From: Octopus vulgaris | Taxonomy: Eukaryota | NCBI GenBank assembly: GCA_951406725.2 | Contig: OX597816.1 | Location: forward strand, 90,210,001 to 90,274,000 | Direction of reading: 5' to 3' | Length of the DNA: 64,000 nucleotides | Shown: one piece after another, positions 1-50,667 of the stretch | Layout of the letters: each line of letters begins with the position of its first letter | Numbering within the stretch: the stretch's first letter is position 1 | Program-made: the position numbers and the translations under genes | The notes under the pieces: generated by a model | What the model saw: only the letters and a program-made list of their open reading frames with translations | What the model was told of the DNA's origin: nothing | Database searches by the model: none

Positions 1-144
1 ATACTAGGTTCTTCTTTTCATTTATATATGTATTATACATGTCTCCCATTTATTTTATCAAAAATTGAATAATTCCATTTTGATGTGTTGAATAAAATCC
101 CGTGTGTTTCTAATTGTATTGTCTATTGATATAATTTATACCAG

Positions 145-39373
<39,229 letters not shown>

Positions 39374-39463
39374 GTAAAGAAAACAACCAAAAAAGTTATT
39401 CACTATGATATTTCATATTGGTAATACTATAATATTTGTACTTGCACTGCACAAAATGTTATC

Positions 39464-39469
39464 AATAAA
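39464..39469 (+). terminator. Putative polyadenylation signal of DYNC1H1
   Basis: AATAAA about 90 nt after the stop, followed ~20 nt later by GT-rich TGGTGTTTGTATTTT. Confidence 0.65.
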
Positions 39470-39767
39470 GGTATATGCTTATTAATTGGTGTTTGTATTT
39501 TCTATGTACTGAGCTGTTAGGAAGAATATGTTTTTGGTTCAACAGAAATATATTTGGCATGTTTGCTCTTTTTAATATTTAATATGACAACAAAAACCTT
39601 TCAGTTGGTGTGTTCAAAATTAGGCTGTTGAGTTATTTAGAACATCAATATATATTTAAGTTTAAAAAGTGATAGATTAAATGTCAACAAATTTATTTGG
39701 ATGAATATCTGATGTTCCATATGAGTAGTGATAAGATAATGAATGATATGGATGAAGAGGTTTTGTC

Positions 39768-40180
39768 TTTTACCTGTTTCATTGATTGGACTGTGGCCAT
39801 GCTGGGGTATCACCTTGAATTTTAGTTGAATAAATCAACCCAGCACTCAATTTTTTAAAGCCCATTTCCTTATTCTATCAGCCTCTTATGCTGATCCACT
39901 AAGAGGGATGTAAGCAAGCCAATACTGGTTGTCAAGTTGTGGTGTGACACCTAGTGAAAGATTGTATGATGCCTGTGTACAAACAGCCATGCTACATGGC
40001 AGCAAAATTGGCCTGTGACTGAAGAGGACATGCAAAGGCTTGGAAGAAATGAAGCCAGTGTGTTCCAATAGATGTGCAATGTCAGTGTGCATGTAGGAAG
40101 CACCTGCCTAAGGTACCATGCAATGGGACTGAAACCAGAACCATGTGGTTGGGAGGCTATCTTCTTAACATGCAGTCACG
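39768..40180 (-). mobile_element. Degenerate SINE family A copy with an RTE RT fragment (39945-40093, +) replacing its middle
   Basis: SINE tail CTGTGGCCATGCTGG and head GGGACTGAAACC flank an LYDACVQTAMLHGS-encoding RTE piece. Confidence 0.7.
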
Positions 40181-40229
40181 TTTGAGAAATTCTTTTCAGT
40201 TATGAGTAATGTGATTATGAATAAAATTC

Positions 40230-41414
40230 AGCTAGTTTTAATATAAAACTGAAATGCGAAAAATTTGTTTCTCATTTTGAGATGGGAACAGTTTGGGGCC
40301 AGTAGATGGGGTCAGATTGGCTCCAAAATTTTCAGGGACATGTAAAAAGAGGCGAGAAGCGACTGCACTAGGTTAGAAACTCCTATCTCAAAAGCTGTGG
40401 TTACTAGGGCATCAAAACCCAGACTTGACAAGTGTTTGTTGTTTCTCTCTTTCGCATATCACTGTCTTCCTCGATCTCTCTTTCCTTCCTTCCCTCCACA
40501 TTCTCTCTATAAAGACGTTTGACAGCTTCGTTACTCTTTCTCTCACTGTATGTCTGTATCTATAGAGAGAAAGCGTTGACAGCTGCAGAAGTTTTAAAGA
40601 TTCCTGCCACAGGTCTTTTAGAACGGTGAATTGTTATCGCCCACCACCACCACACAATCATAAAAGATATTATTAATCAGATATTTTGTGTTAATTTATA
40701 TATATGTGTGTGTATATATATATACATATATATGTGTGTACATATATATATATATATATATATAATGTGTGCATATGTGGTCGGAAATAGCTGAAAATAT
40801 GCACACCTATGTTAAAAGTGCTAGCGAGTTTGCATAGCAACTTTGAGTTTGCTCAATTGAAAGGCATGGCTTCTAGGGCAAAATTTCTCATCTTTTAAAA
40901 TGTGGCCCGCATAGATCCGATTATAATATGAAAAAGGTAAAACAATAATAAACTATTTTAATCCCAAGCAAGTCTAATCCATAAAATGAAGAAGGCGAAC
41001 ATTGATACAAATTGGATTTTTATGTAAAAAGGGGTCTAAATGGGGCTGGAAGGGGATTAGAATTAACAGGAGGGGGTAACTTGAGGTGAGAAATTGATTG
41101 AGAGACGTTTTGGGGCACTACAGTAGTTGCTTTGGTGTAAAAATGGGGATTTTATTGATTTTTGGGGAAACTTGGGGGTCTAGATTGGACACCTTTTGTC
41201 CGATTTCAATCAAATTTTCAACATGGTAAAGTGGAAGCGGATTTGTAATTTAAGCGCGGAAATCTAAGTTTTTATAAATGGGAGAGAGTGAGAGAGAAAC
41301 AAAGAGGGAGAATGTGGCGATAAGAAAGAGCAAGGAGGTAACAGAAAGTAACAACCATACCCTCACCCGCGGATGGTGCTTTTTACCTTAAGCTAGTTTT
41401 AATATAAAACTGAA
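40230..41414 (+). mobile_element. ~1.16 kb non-coding element bounded by 24-bp direct repeats, possibly a non-autonomous Helitron
   Basis: AGCTAGTTTTAATATAAAACTGAA at 40230-40253 and 41391-41414; CTAG-T 3' end after a GC-rich patch; internal microsatellite and CCGATTTCAATCAAATTTT motif. Confidence 0.5.
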
Positions 41415-41445
41415 CTTTGAAACAATATTCAATATTTCACTTAAT

Positions 41446-42385
41446 ATCATCATTTAACATCCATTTTCCCATGTCGGCATGAGTTAGATAGTTTAACTGG
41501 AACTGGAGAGCTGCTCCTGTCGTCTGTTTTGGCTTGGTTTCTATGGTTGGATGTCTTTAACACCAACCATCTTACAGTATACTGGGTGCCATTTACATGT
41601 CACCAGCATGGGTGTCTTTCGCATTTTACCATCACTGACCACGACAAACCACAACAAATTGCCACAAGTCTCAGTCACTTGTCATTTCCTCTGTGAGCTT
41701 CAAAAATTGAAGATTATATTTCACCACCTCATCCCACATCTTGGTCTACCCCTTCAACTGCTTCCTTCCACAATTAGAGATCAGCACTTGATGCAGCTGT
41801 CAGCATCCATATGCATCACATAACCATACTGACACAAGTCTTCTCTCTTGCACACTAGATTGATTCCTCTTGTATCCAATTTTTCACTCAAAACACTGTC
41901 ATACATGCACACTGACACTGCGCATCTATTGGAGCATACTGGCTTCATTTCTTTCAAGCTTTTGCATGTCCTCTGCAGTGACAACCCAATTTCACTGCCA
42001 TGTAGCATGGCTGTTTATATACAGGCATCATACAGTCTTTCACTCCGAGGGAGAGGCCCTTTGTTACTGACAAAGGTAGGTCTGTGAATTTTTCCCAGCT
42101 CATTCTTATTCATGCAACTATGCTCTGAGCCTCTTCCTCCACTGCTGACTTGATCATCTAGTTAATGGAAACTATCAACTACTAAATATTTCCCCATGGC
42201 ATTTGAGGAAGTCTGTTTTCTGTACATTCCTAGTGTTTTATTATACCTGCACATCTACCACACACAAAAACTATTTTCTTTGCTAACCTTCCTCTGATAC
42301 TGCTGCACCTTGTGTGTTTCCTTAGCTTGCACTGGGTACACCTTATGGAGTTTCTACCTGCTCCTTTTCTACATATTGAGCAGCA
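41446..42385 (-). mobile_element. RTE-LINE 3' fragment, degenerate
   Basis: Minus ORF MLHGSEIG...; (CAT)n-TTTAACATCCA tail at 41446. Confidence 0.82.
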
Positions 42386-42565
42386 CTAGTAAGGTGGCCA
42401 TGTGCAGCTTGCAAGACTAGATCCCTTCTCACAGAGTGGAACTACAGTAGAGAAAAATGGTTCTGTGCTAGGAGAGGTTAAAGCATGAAAGGAGCCAGAA
42501 CAAAACAAATTTCTTGCTGTAGAAGAGCCACATATCTACTTACTATATATATATATATATATCTT

Positions 42566-43103
42566 GTGACGTATATTTGCCATTTGAATATGGCTAACCC
42601 CTAAGGGTGGATGCTACTGTAGTTTGTAGCCCCAGGAGGACACCTCCTCTAGCTGGCTATAGACACACTTTCTGTGCCCTATCAGTATTTGCAAAGGGAA
42701 GCCATCCTTCCCGTCTTCAACTTATGATACACACGGACTCGAGTTTCAGGGTATTGACCCGTCATCGGCGTGTGACAATCATAGTTGTCGATGAGAAGTG
42801 GGTTCCCTTCACAAATACATATACTTTTTCCAGTATCGATTGACACTGATATTGAAAGTGTAATCAAACAATGATAAATCTCAGAGCGAGTTATAAACAG
42901 TAGCAGCAACACATCGTGACGTATATTTGCCATTTGAATATGACTAACCCCTAAGGGTGGATGCTACTGTAGTTTGTAGCCCTAGGAGGACACCTCCTCC
43001 AGCTGGCTGTAGACACACTTTCTGTGCCCTATCAGTATTTGCAAAGGGAAGCCATCCTTCCCGTCTTCAACTTATGATACACACGGACTCGAGTTTCAGA
43101 GTA
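42566..43103 (-). mobile_element. 1.5-copy tandem repeat (350-bp period) carrying a hammerhead ribozyme; retrozyme-like or Penelope pLTR-like
   Basis: GTGACGTATATTTGCC starts at 42566 and again at 42916; the copies are nearly identical over ~185 bp. Confidence 0.8.
42726..42780 (-). ncRNA. Type I hammerhead ribozyme (U4C core variant)
   Basis: Minus strand: CACACG-CCGAUGA-C-GGGU-CAAU-ACCC-U-GAAA-C-UCGA-G-UC^-CGUGUG; 6-bp helix I, 4-bp helix II, palindromic helix III ACUCGAGU, GUC triplet. Confidence 0.75.
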
Positions 43104-43553
43104 TACACAGAAACACTCAAACAAACCTGAACAAATTCAAGACATGCTAAAAGCTGGATAAATTAAAGGCACAAGGCTAAGCAATATTCTGTAGTTCTGA
43201 GTAAGATGCAAGATCTCTAGGAATCATAATTCTTCTTTTCCATACTTTGTCCTGTGATGCACCTGAGCACATCATTGATGAGATTTCTTGGAGTCACTGT
43301 GGGTTGCAAGTCTTTCAACAATCAGGACATTGTCACCCAACTAACTCAGTCATGGTTGATCGGGTCTCAGCTTATGTCCAGTTAGCACTACCCCATCACA
43401 CCTGATCTACAACCACCTCAATGCAACTTCTCTTGCCTCCCTAGCCAACTTGATGGCCTTCAGCCTATTTGCACATGTAATGCCCAGCATGTTGTAGGTT
43501 CTGCAGAGGGTTTCTAAGTTGTATATATGAAGGTCCTCTGGTCAGAGAACATT

Positions 43554-44070
43554 CATCATCATCATCATTTAACGTCCATTTTCCATGCTGGCATGGGTTG
43601 GACGGTTTGACTTAGGTCTGGAGAGCCAGTGGCTGCACCAGGCTCCAATCTGATCTGGCAATGTTTCTACAGCTGAATTCTCTTCCTAATGCCAACCACT
43701 CTGATATTGTAGTGGGTGATTTTTACATGCCACCAGCACAGGAGCCAGTCAGGCAGGCCTGGCATTGGCCACATGCGGATGGTGCGTTTTACATGCCACT
43801 AGCACGAGAGCCAGCCAGTGGGTATTGGCATCGGCCATGTTTGGATGATGCTTTTTATGTGCCATTGCCATGGGGACCAGTCAGGGGCTACTGGCTTTGG
43901 CCACATTCAGATGGTGCGTTTTATGTGCCACCGGTTTCAGAGCTAGTCAGTGGGTACTGGCATTGGCCACATTTGGATGGTGCTTTTTACATGCCACCAG
44001 CATGGGAGCCAATCAGGGGGTATTGGCATTGGCCACATTCGGATGGTTCTTTTTACGCGCCACCAGCATG
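43554..44070 (-). mobile_element. RTE 3' tail with about six ~61-bp tandem units
   Basis: (CAT)n-TTTAACGTCC..., then repeats of GATGGTGCTTTTTA(C/T)(A/G)TGCCACC.GCA...GCCAGTCAG...TGGCATTGGCCACATT. Confidence 0.88.
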
Positions 44071-46194
44071 GGGAATAAAAATACCAATACTGGGTAGAAT
44101 CAACTACAATCCAATCCACCAGTTACCTCAGGTTATTCACAACTCTCTCTTTAAAATGCAATACTAACCCAGTTGTGTTAATAACATTCAAGATACTCAC
44201 CTACTTTTGTTGACAACTTTCTGAACTGCATCTAAGTCACTGCAACAGAGACAATAGTAAATCACAACCGAGACTGGATGACCATCTAATAATCCATCCT
44301 AAAAATAGATTTAAAACAAAGAGAAATCATCAATTTTTAACATCTATCTTCCATCCTGACATGGATTGGACATTTTGACAGGATCCAAGGTCTGTGTTGA
44401 ATTTCATGGTTTCTACACACACAAACACACACATATCTACTTACAATATATAATACACACACTCCAATATAGATTTTGCAATTCTACTTTTCCATTACTG
44501 GTGCATCAGAATAATTTGCTATCAATGTCTGACAAGGTTTGAAAATACTTTTTGTTTATGTAAAATTAAAGTTCAGTTATGTAAAATTAAAGTTATGTAA
44601 AATTAAAGTTCTGGATTAAGTTAGTAGAATCTAGTCTCAAGTAAGCTGCAATGATAGCTCTTTGTCCTAAAGAATTACCTTAAAACTATATAGTTTTGAT
44701 AGTTAAAATGTCCCCAAAATATAGTTATCTAAGTACAAATTGATGTAAGCAATGAGAAAAACTTTTCACAAATAAAGAACAAATCCAACAAAACAACCAT
44801 AAAAGCTACTGTTAGTACTTTCATTATCTAGCTGCTTTCTCACAGTCATGATCTGTTTTTTTTTCTTTATTGCTTCCCTGTTCTTTCCACTGAATAGACC
44901 ATCCTACATTCCATTTGCACCAGTAAACAATAATATAGACAACCTTTAGGCTTTTGTCCTTTGAATAAAACAAAAACCAATCCCCCAAAGTTTAACCCAT
45001 TTCAAAAACAATGATCAACGCTGTTCAAAGTATTCTTATGGTCATAAGGTAGGAGAGTTACCCCATAATTTTAACAATGCCAATACAATCTTAACTATTA
45101 AAATTTAGTATTCAGATATTTGACACTTCACTCAGATTCATAAAGTCCTCCTAACTTTATAAAAACTGCAAACCCCTTTCTCTACCTCACAGTAGGAGTG
45201 GAGTTGTCAACTTTTGACATAATAAATGTATCTGTCCACTGTACTCAATTAATGATCAATCAACTTATTCTTTTGCTATATTAAGTATCATTAATTGTTA
45301 ACAGCTTACTTATCAACATACAGAACAGTGACCAGCATAACCATTTTATATGTAATGTCCTGTCATTTGATTCCAGTCTCCTGTGAAAAACATGTCAGGC
45401 CTCAGGGAAATATCACCTTGTTTGGAAACAAGTGAGGGTTGGTAACAGTAAAGACATTTAGCCATAGAAAATTTGCTTTGGCCAACTTTGACTTTTGCAA
45501 GCATGGAAAATTGAATATTAAATAATAATGATGATGACCAAGTCTTTATAGCAACCGCAACCAGCTTCAAGGAACACCATCTGCATTCTTGGCTCTCCAA
45601 TCTTCCCAAAAGCCATAAGAATATCAGGCTGTCTTCAATAACAATTAATAGTAGTTTATTCTGCGGTTCACAGGTAAAACATGTACATATGTATTTCTTG
45701 TGGGGAAACTGGCAGCCGAGTCCACAGGACTGTTTACAATGTTCACTCATGTGAGCCAAGAAGACAGAAATAGTACTGGAAACTGTAGATCTGTCTAGGA
45801 TGATGGAGAGATTGCACCTCATTGACATGCATCCAACATTCTTCTTGTTGAGGAATTGCCTTGCTATGCAGTGAGCTATATCGCCCTCTTACAGATCACT
45901 TCAGTGAACTCGATGTCACTATCTGGCCCTGTGCTGAACTGGGCGGCAATGTTAGTTTTGACAGCACTGGTTGGTAAGAGGTTAAACTACCTTTGAAATT
46001 CAGTGCCTTGGCTTCCATTCCACTTTGGACCTGGTACTGCCAGCCTATCTTCCCTCAGTTTCCTCCAGTCATACTCTCATTGGCAAAGTACTCCATGGAA
46101 TGGTTGAACTCAATGTGGCTTCAGAACTAGAATCATCTCTGGCAGATTGGACCATTGAAGACCTTACCATCTCCCAGAATACAGATGTATTTTT

Positions 46195-46797
46195 CCATGA
46201 GCAAAACACAAGTTTACAAGTGGTTTCTACACTTTAGGAATGGTCTCTTGTTGCTCGAAGATTAACCTTATTCAGGACGACTGTTAACCTCCTGAATGAA
46301 TAAAAACATCATGACAATTCATGAACTGATCTTGGACAATCATCACCAAACAATTGACAAACTTGTTGATATGACTGGTGAATCCTGGAGATCCTACCAA
46401 AGAATTTTAAGCGAGGAATTGCAAATGAAAAGAGTTGCAGCAAAATTTGTACCTTGCTTGCTCACGGAAGATCAAAAGCAGTCATGACTGAATGTAAGAC
46501 CCTGCTTACCCACCCTCCCTATTCGGCCAATTTTGCTCCCTGCAACTTGTTTTTGTTCCACTGAATGAAAAAAGTTCTTAAAAGGAAAACGTTTTGAAGA
46601 TGTAGAAAAAGTGAAGAAAAAACAATGGAGACATTAAAAGACATCACTTCACAGAATTCCGGGACAATGGAAAATGCATCCGAACTAATGCATTGCTTCA
46701 ACTGGAGAATACTTTGAAGGTGATAAAAGTGTAAACATATAAAACTATGTGGATAAAATATTATTGCAAAATTCTGGTTTCTTTTGGGTACCCCTTG
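46195..46797 (+). mobile_element. Internally deleted mariner (Tc1/mariner) relic
   Basis: QVYKWF..F..G...LED*PYSGR, RILSEELQMKRVAAKFVPCLL (WVPHEL-equivalent) and HPPYSANFAPCNLF (YSPDLAP-equivalent); right end ...TTTTGGGTACCCCTTG|TA. Confidence 0.85.
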
Positions 46798-47424
46798 TAT
46801 ATATTTTAAATAATACATATCTTCTTTCATGTACCTATGCACATATAGAGCATTCATGCATACACATACATACACGTGTTGAGATTGTGGACAGAATATT
46901 ATACTTCTAAAGAAGCTTTTTGCTGCTTTTGTCACAGATTGTATTCATACTGAAGTCACTCAAATTTTGATATGGTTTCAACAATGGGAACAGAATCCTA
47001 GTTAGGATATTTAAGCCTGAATTCAATGAGGCTAATGCTTAGGCTTTCAGACAAAAGAAGGAATTAAAAATTAGGACTGCTTGTAGAACAATTGATTTTA
47101 AAAAATGAAGAAAAAATAGGAAAAATATTGTTGAAAGCATGGGGAGGGCAGATTTTTAGGAAATTGCTTGACATTATTAGATTCCTTGTTAAATAGATTT
47201 TGATTCTATAGGATTATTTAAAAGGAGATGGATGCTAAATCTGAAGCAATAAGAAATAAAGGGAATTTTATAGAGTTAATTCATTTGTTGACAAAATATA
47301 ATCCAATGCTTTATGAGACTAAGAATCAAGTTGGAAATAAGTTTGCTATGTCTACATATCACTACTCAGAATGGGTTTATAGAAAATTTTAAAAACTATC
47401 TGGTTCAAGTGGCAATATATGTAT

Positions 47425-47647
47425 TTACTCTTTACTCTTTTACTCTTTTACTTGTTTCAATCATTTGACTGTGGCCATGCTGGAGCACTGCCTTTAGTCG
47501 AGCAAATTGACCCCAGGACTTATTCTTTGCAAGCCTAGTACTTATTCTATCAGTCTCTCTTGCCGAACCACTAAGTTACAGGGATGTAAACACACCACCA
47601 TCAGTTGTCAAGCAATGTTGGGGGGACAAACACAGACACACAAACAT

Positions 47648-47680
<33 letters not shown>

Positions 47681-47852
47681 CATATATACGATGGGCTTCT
47701 TTCAGTTTCCGTCTACCAAATCCACTCACAAGGCTTTGGTTGGCCCGAGGCTATAGTAGAAGACACTTGCCCAAGGTGCCATGCTATGGGACTGAACCCA
47801 GAACCATGTAGCTGGTAAGCAAGCTACCCACCACACAGCCACTCCTATGCCT
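47425..47852 (-). mobile_element. SINE family A, full-length copy
   Basis: tRNA-like head GGCATAGGAGTGGCTGTGTGGT...GGTTCAGTCCC, core ACCTTGGGCAAGTG, internal (TG)n, (AAAAGAGT)n tail. Confidence 0.9.
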
Positions 47853-48622
47853 AAGAGTGTAAAAGTAATGTTACAATAAATGTTACTGAATAATATGTCT
47901 TATTGATGCAGACCAACATCAGTTTTTTAGAGCCTGATCAAATATATTTATCACTTTGATCCTTGAGTTTAACACTACGTCATCAAAGAAACTACTAAAT
48001 AGTGACTGTTGTCAATTCTTTTTTTTTTTTCACGTATAACTTTCAAGGACATTGTTTTTCATTTTGTTTTCTTTTTTGTGTGTGGTGATGGTGATGGTCA
48101 TATAGAGAGAATGTTAGTAAAGGGTCACTACTTTAGTGAAAGGGTTGATAGAGAGGTCCTGTATGTGAGCTTTTGAGAAGGGTGTGTAATGAAAATATCA
48201 GAGGCATTTTTAAACAAACTATTTTAATTTATTAAAGGGTAACAAGAGCTGACAAGTAATATGAGCGTAGCTGGTGTATGTGTATGAGTCAGAGAAAGCT
48301 TTATAACTTACATTTGAAAAATGGATTCAGTTGTAAGTCGTTATAAGCCAACAGAAATGGAGCTAGTATAAATGAAAATGCACTGCTTGTGATATGGCCA
48401 GTGAACTCGTTTTTGCATTAATATGCATCTAGCCCTCTTGGCTGGCGTTGCCATAGCACAAGTGATAATAAAAATAGCTTTCCTTGACTTGCTACAGTCA
48501 CTATGACCTAGCATTTTCTATATTGATCATTTTATGGAAATATCAAAATAATATCTTGGTAACAACTTCAGTTAAAGAAATAATTTTATGTTTACTTACA
48601 AAACTAAAAAAGATTTTCATAC

Positions 48623-49022
48623 AGTTCTATATTTAAGAGATGAGGGATTATGTACATTATTTACATTATTTACATTTGACGGATATTTGTCCTCATCTTG
48701 TTTGTTGTTAACACAATGTTTTGGCTGATATACCCTCCAGCCTTCACCAGGTGTCTTGGGGAAATTCGAACCTGGGTTCTTATTCCTAAGATATTTTTCA
48801 ATGTTGTTGTTATTATCATCATCATTATTATCATCATCATCATCATCATCATCATCATTATTATTATTCAGGTCACTGCCTGGAATCAAACTTAGAATCT
48901 TGTGGTTAGTAGCCCACGCTCTTAACTACTATGCCATATGCCTGTGCTCATGGGCATATGGTGTAGTGCTTAAGAGCACAGGCTACTAACCCCAAGATTC
49001 CGAGTTCAATTCCGGGCAGTGA

Positions 49023-49061
<39 letters not shown>

Positions 49062-49209
49062 CAATATCGAAAAATATCTTAGAAATGAGAACCCAGGTTC
49101 GAAATTTCCCCAAGACACCTGGTGAAGGCTGGAGGGTATATCAGCCAAAACGTTGTGTTAACAACAAACAAGATGGGGACAAATATCCGTTAAATGTAAA
49201 TAATGTAAA
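48623..49209. mobile_element. Palindromic element: two head-to-head tRNA-headed units with Penelope-type hammerhead-like tails, 14-bp TSD
   Basis: Inverted arms 48660-48945 and 48950-49209; AAAGATTTTCATAC at 48609-48622 and 49207-49220. Confidence 0.85.
49114..49159 (+). ncRNA. Minimal type I hammerhead-like motif, core-mutated (mirror copy at 48710-48755, minus strand)
   Basis: GACAC-CUGGUGA-A-GGCUG-(10 nt)-CAGCC-AAAA-CGUU-GUGUU: helix I, helix II and the ACGU mini-palindrome are intact; core differs from CUGAUGA/GAAA at two positions. Confidence 0.55.
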
Positions 49210-49519
49210 GATTTTCATACTTAACTTTTTTAGACATACTGTACAGATACTTAATAATTTGTTGACTATTGTGTGGTAACCAAGATAGAAAGTTATCAAA
49301 CTGTAAGCAACTTATTTACTTATGTGGTAATTATAACTAATATATTATGGAACTTTTCTTGAGGGACGAACAATAATCAGTTATAATAATTAAAAGCTGA
49401 TAGCTCTACATGGCGATAACTACAGTGTAAAGCCTAAAACCTTTAAAGGTTTGATGAAAGCATATCAGAACAGTTAACAAATGTTGTTGGCTCATGTAAA
49501 TTCCATTTCATTTGTTTAG

Positions 49520-49728
49520 TCCTTTAACATTTAAACCGGCCAAAATATTCTACCTGTTTTATGTTTAAGTTGGCCTGATCTCAACTCTCACACCAACCCT
49601 ACAATATCATTAAAAAGTTAACAATTACCTTTTCAAAATCTCAAATCTATGAGATAATGCATGGTTAATACAAAACAATGTGAATCAATAAGTGTTAAAT
49701 TTGACAGAATAATGTGAATGCTAAAAGG
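49520..49728 (+). mobile_element. piggyBac-type MITE (~210 bp), degenerate
   Basis: ttag-TCCTTTAACATT ... AATGCTAAAAGG-ttaa; homologous to 35991-36971. Confidence 0.65.
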
Positions 49729-50667
49729 TTAAATGAGAGCACTATTGCACCATCTACTAGACTAGCCTTTATTACTCAATTTCTTAAGGGTAATGAAATA
49801 TTTGAGTGTAACCACAAGGGCTGAAATATGTAAATGAATTGTCAAACTGATAGAGTAATCTTTCAAAAATAGTTTCTGCTACAACTGATAATGTGTCCTG
49901 CGTGACTAGTAGAAATGTAGATTTGTTTGTAAAATATGTTTGATAACCACTGGTAGCCTTTCGTTATATAATATATGGAAAGCTTTTGTGTACAAAAGTT
50001 GACCATGTGGTTGCAAAGTGAGTTTCTTAACCACACAACCACACTTGTACTTATAGTTAACAATTTGAAAAATAGTAATTATAATATGTGTGTGTGTCTG
50101 TGTGTGTGTATTTTCTTGGGTCACAATGAGTATCTCTCTCTCTATCTCTTTCTCTCTATCTATCTCCCTATCTCTCTTTCTATCTCTCCATCATCAACAC
50201 CAAAATCAATACAACTACTTCCATTATCAACCCACCAACTCCTCAGCGACCAACAAGAGTATGAACAAGATAATCAACTCTGTCTAAAACAAGGCAATGA
50301 TATGAGATAATCTGGTATCTTGGCATATTTTAAAAGTTGAACAAAATGTCTTTGATCTTAGGTCAATAAAGATTGACTTGAGACTAACTAGTAGCAAAAA
50401 TACAAGTAACAAGAACTGCCACTGCCACTGCCACTACAAAAAATAGTCCCCACCATCATTGACACTACAACAAATCCATCAACTTTTGAATAACCAGCTG
50501 ATAACAACAATATGATAGCAATGTTTGTAACTACATATATTTTGTCAATACAGTGGTGTGTATATATGTGTGTGTGAGTAGATTGTGGAGTTTTTATGAC
50601 ATAAGTCAGAGGTGTAAGGGGCAAAGTGCCCATAAATCTGGTAACCTTTCAAATAACTGTAATTGTA

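Noticed and set aside
43715-44070. CRISPR-like array of ~25-bp conserved motifs with ~36-bp intervals (also at 32030-32310 and 16310-16520)
   Set aside because: The intervals are homologous to each other, the array sits in an RTE 3'UTR in a eukaryotic genome, and no cas genes are present.
45346-45828. 160-aa minus-strand ORF
   Set aside because: No recognisable domain or splice structure; it runs through a degenerate SINE/RTE tail.
48447-48460. RFX X-box-like GTTGCCATAGCACA
   Set aside because: The right half-site is imperfect, no nearby gene start is visible, and a single short match is expected by chance.
48952-49026. tRNA gene
   Set aside because: A/B boxes and an anticodon-like arm are present, but the acceptor stem pairs poorly, there is no oligo-T terminator, and it is embedded in a repeat with a TSD. 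Treated as a SINE-type head.
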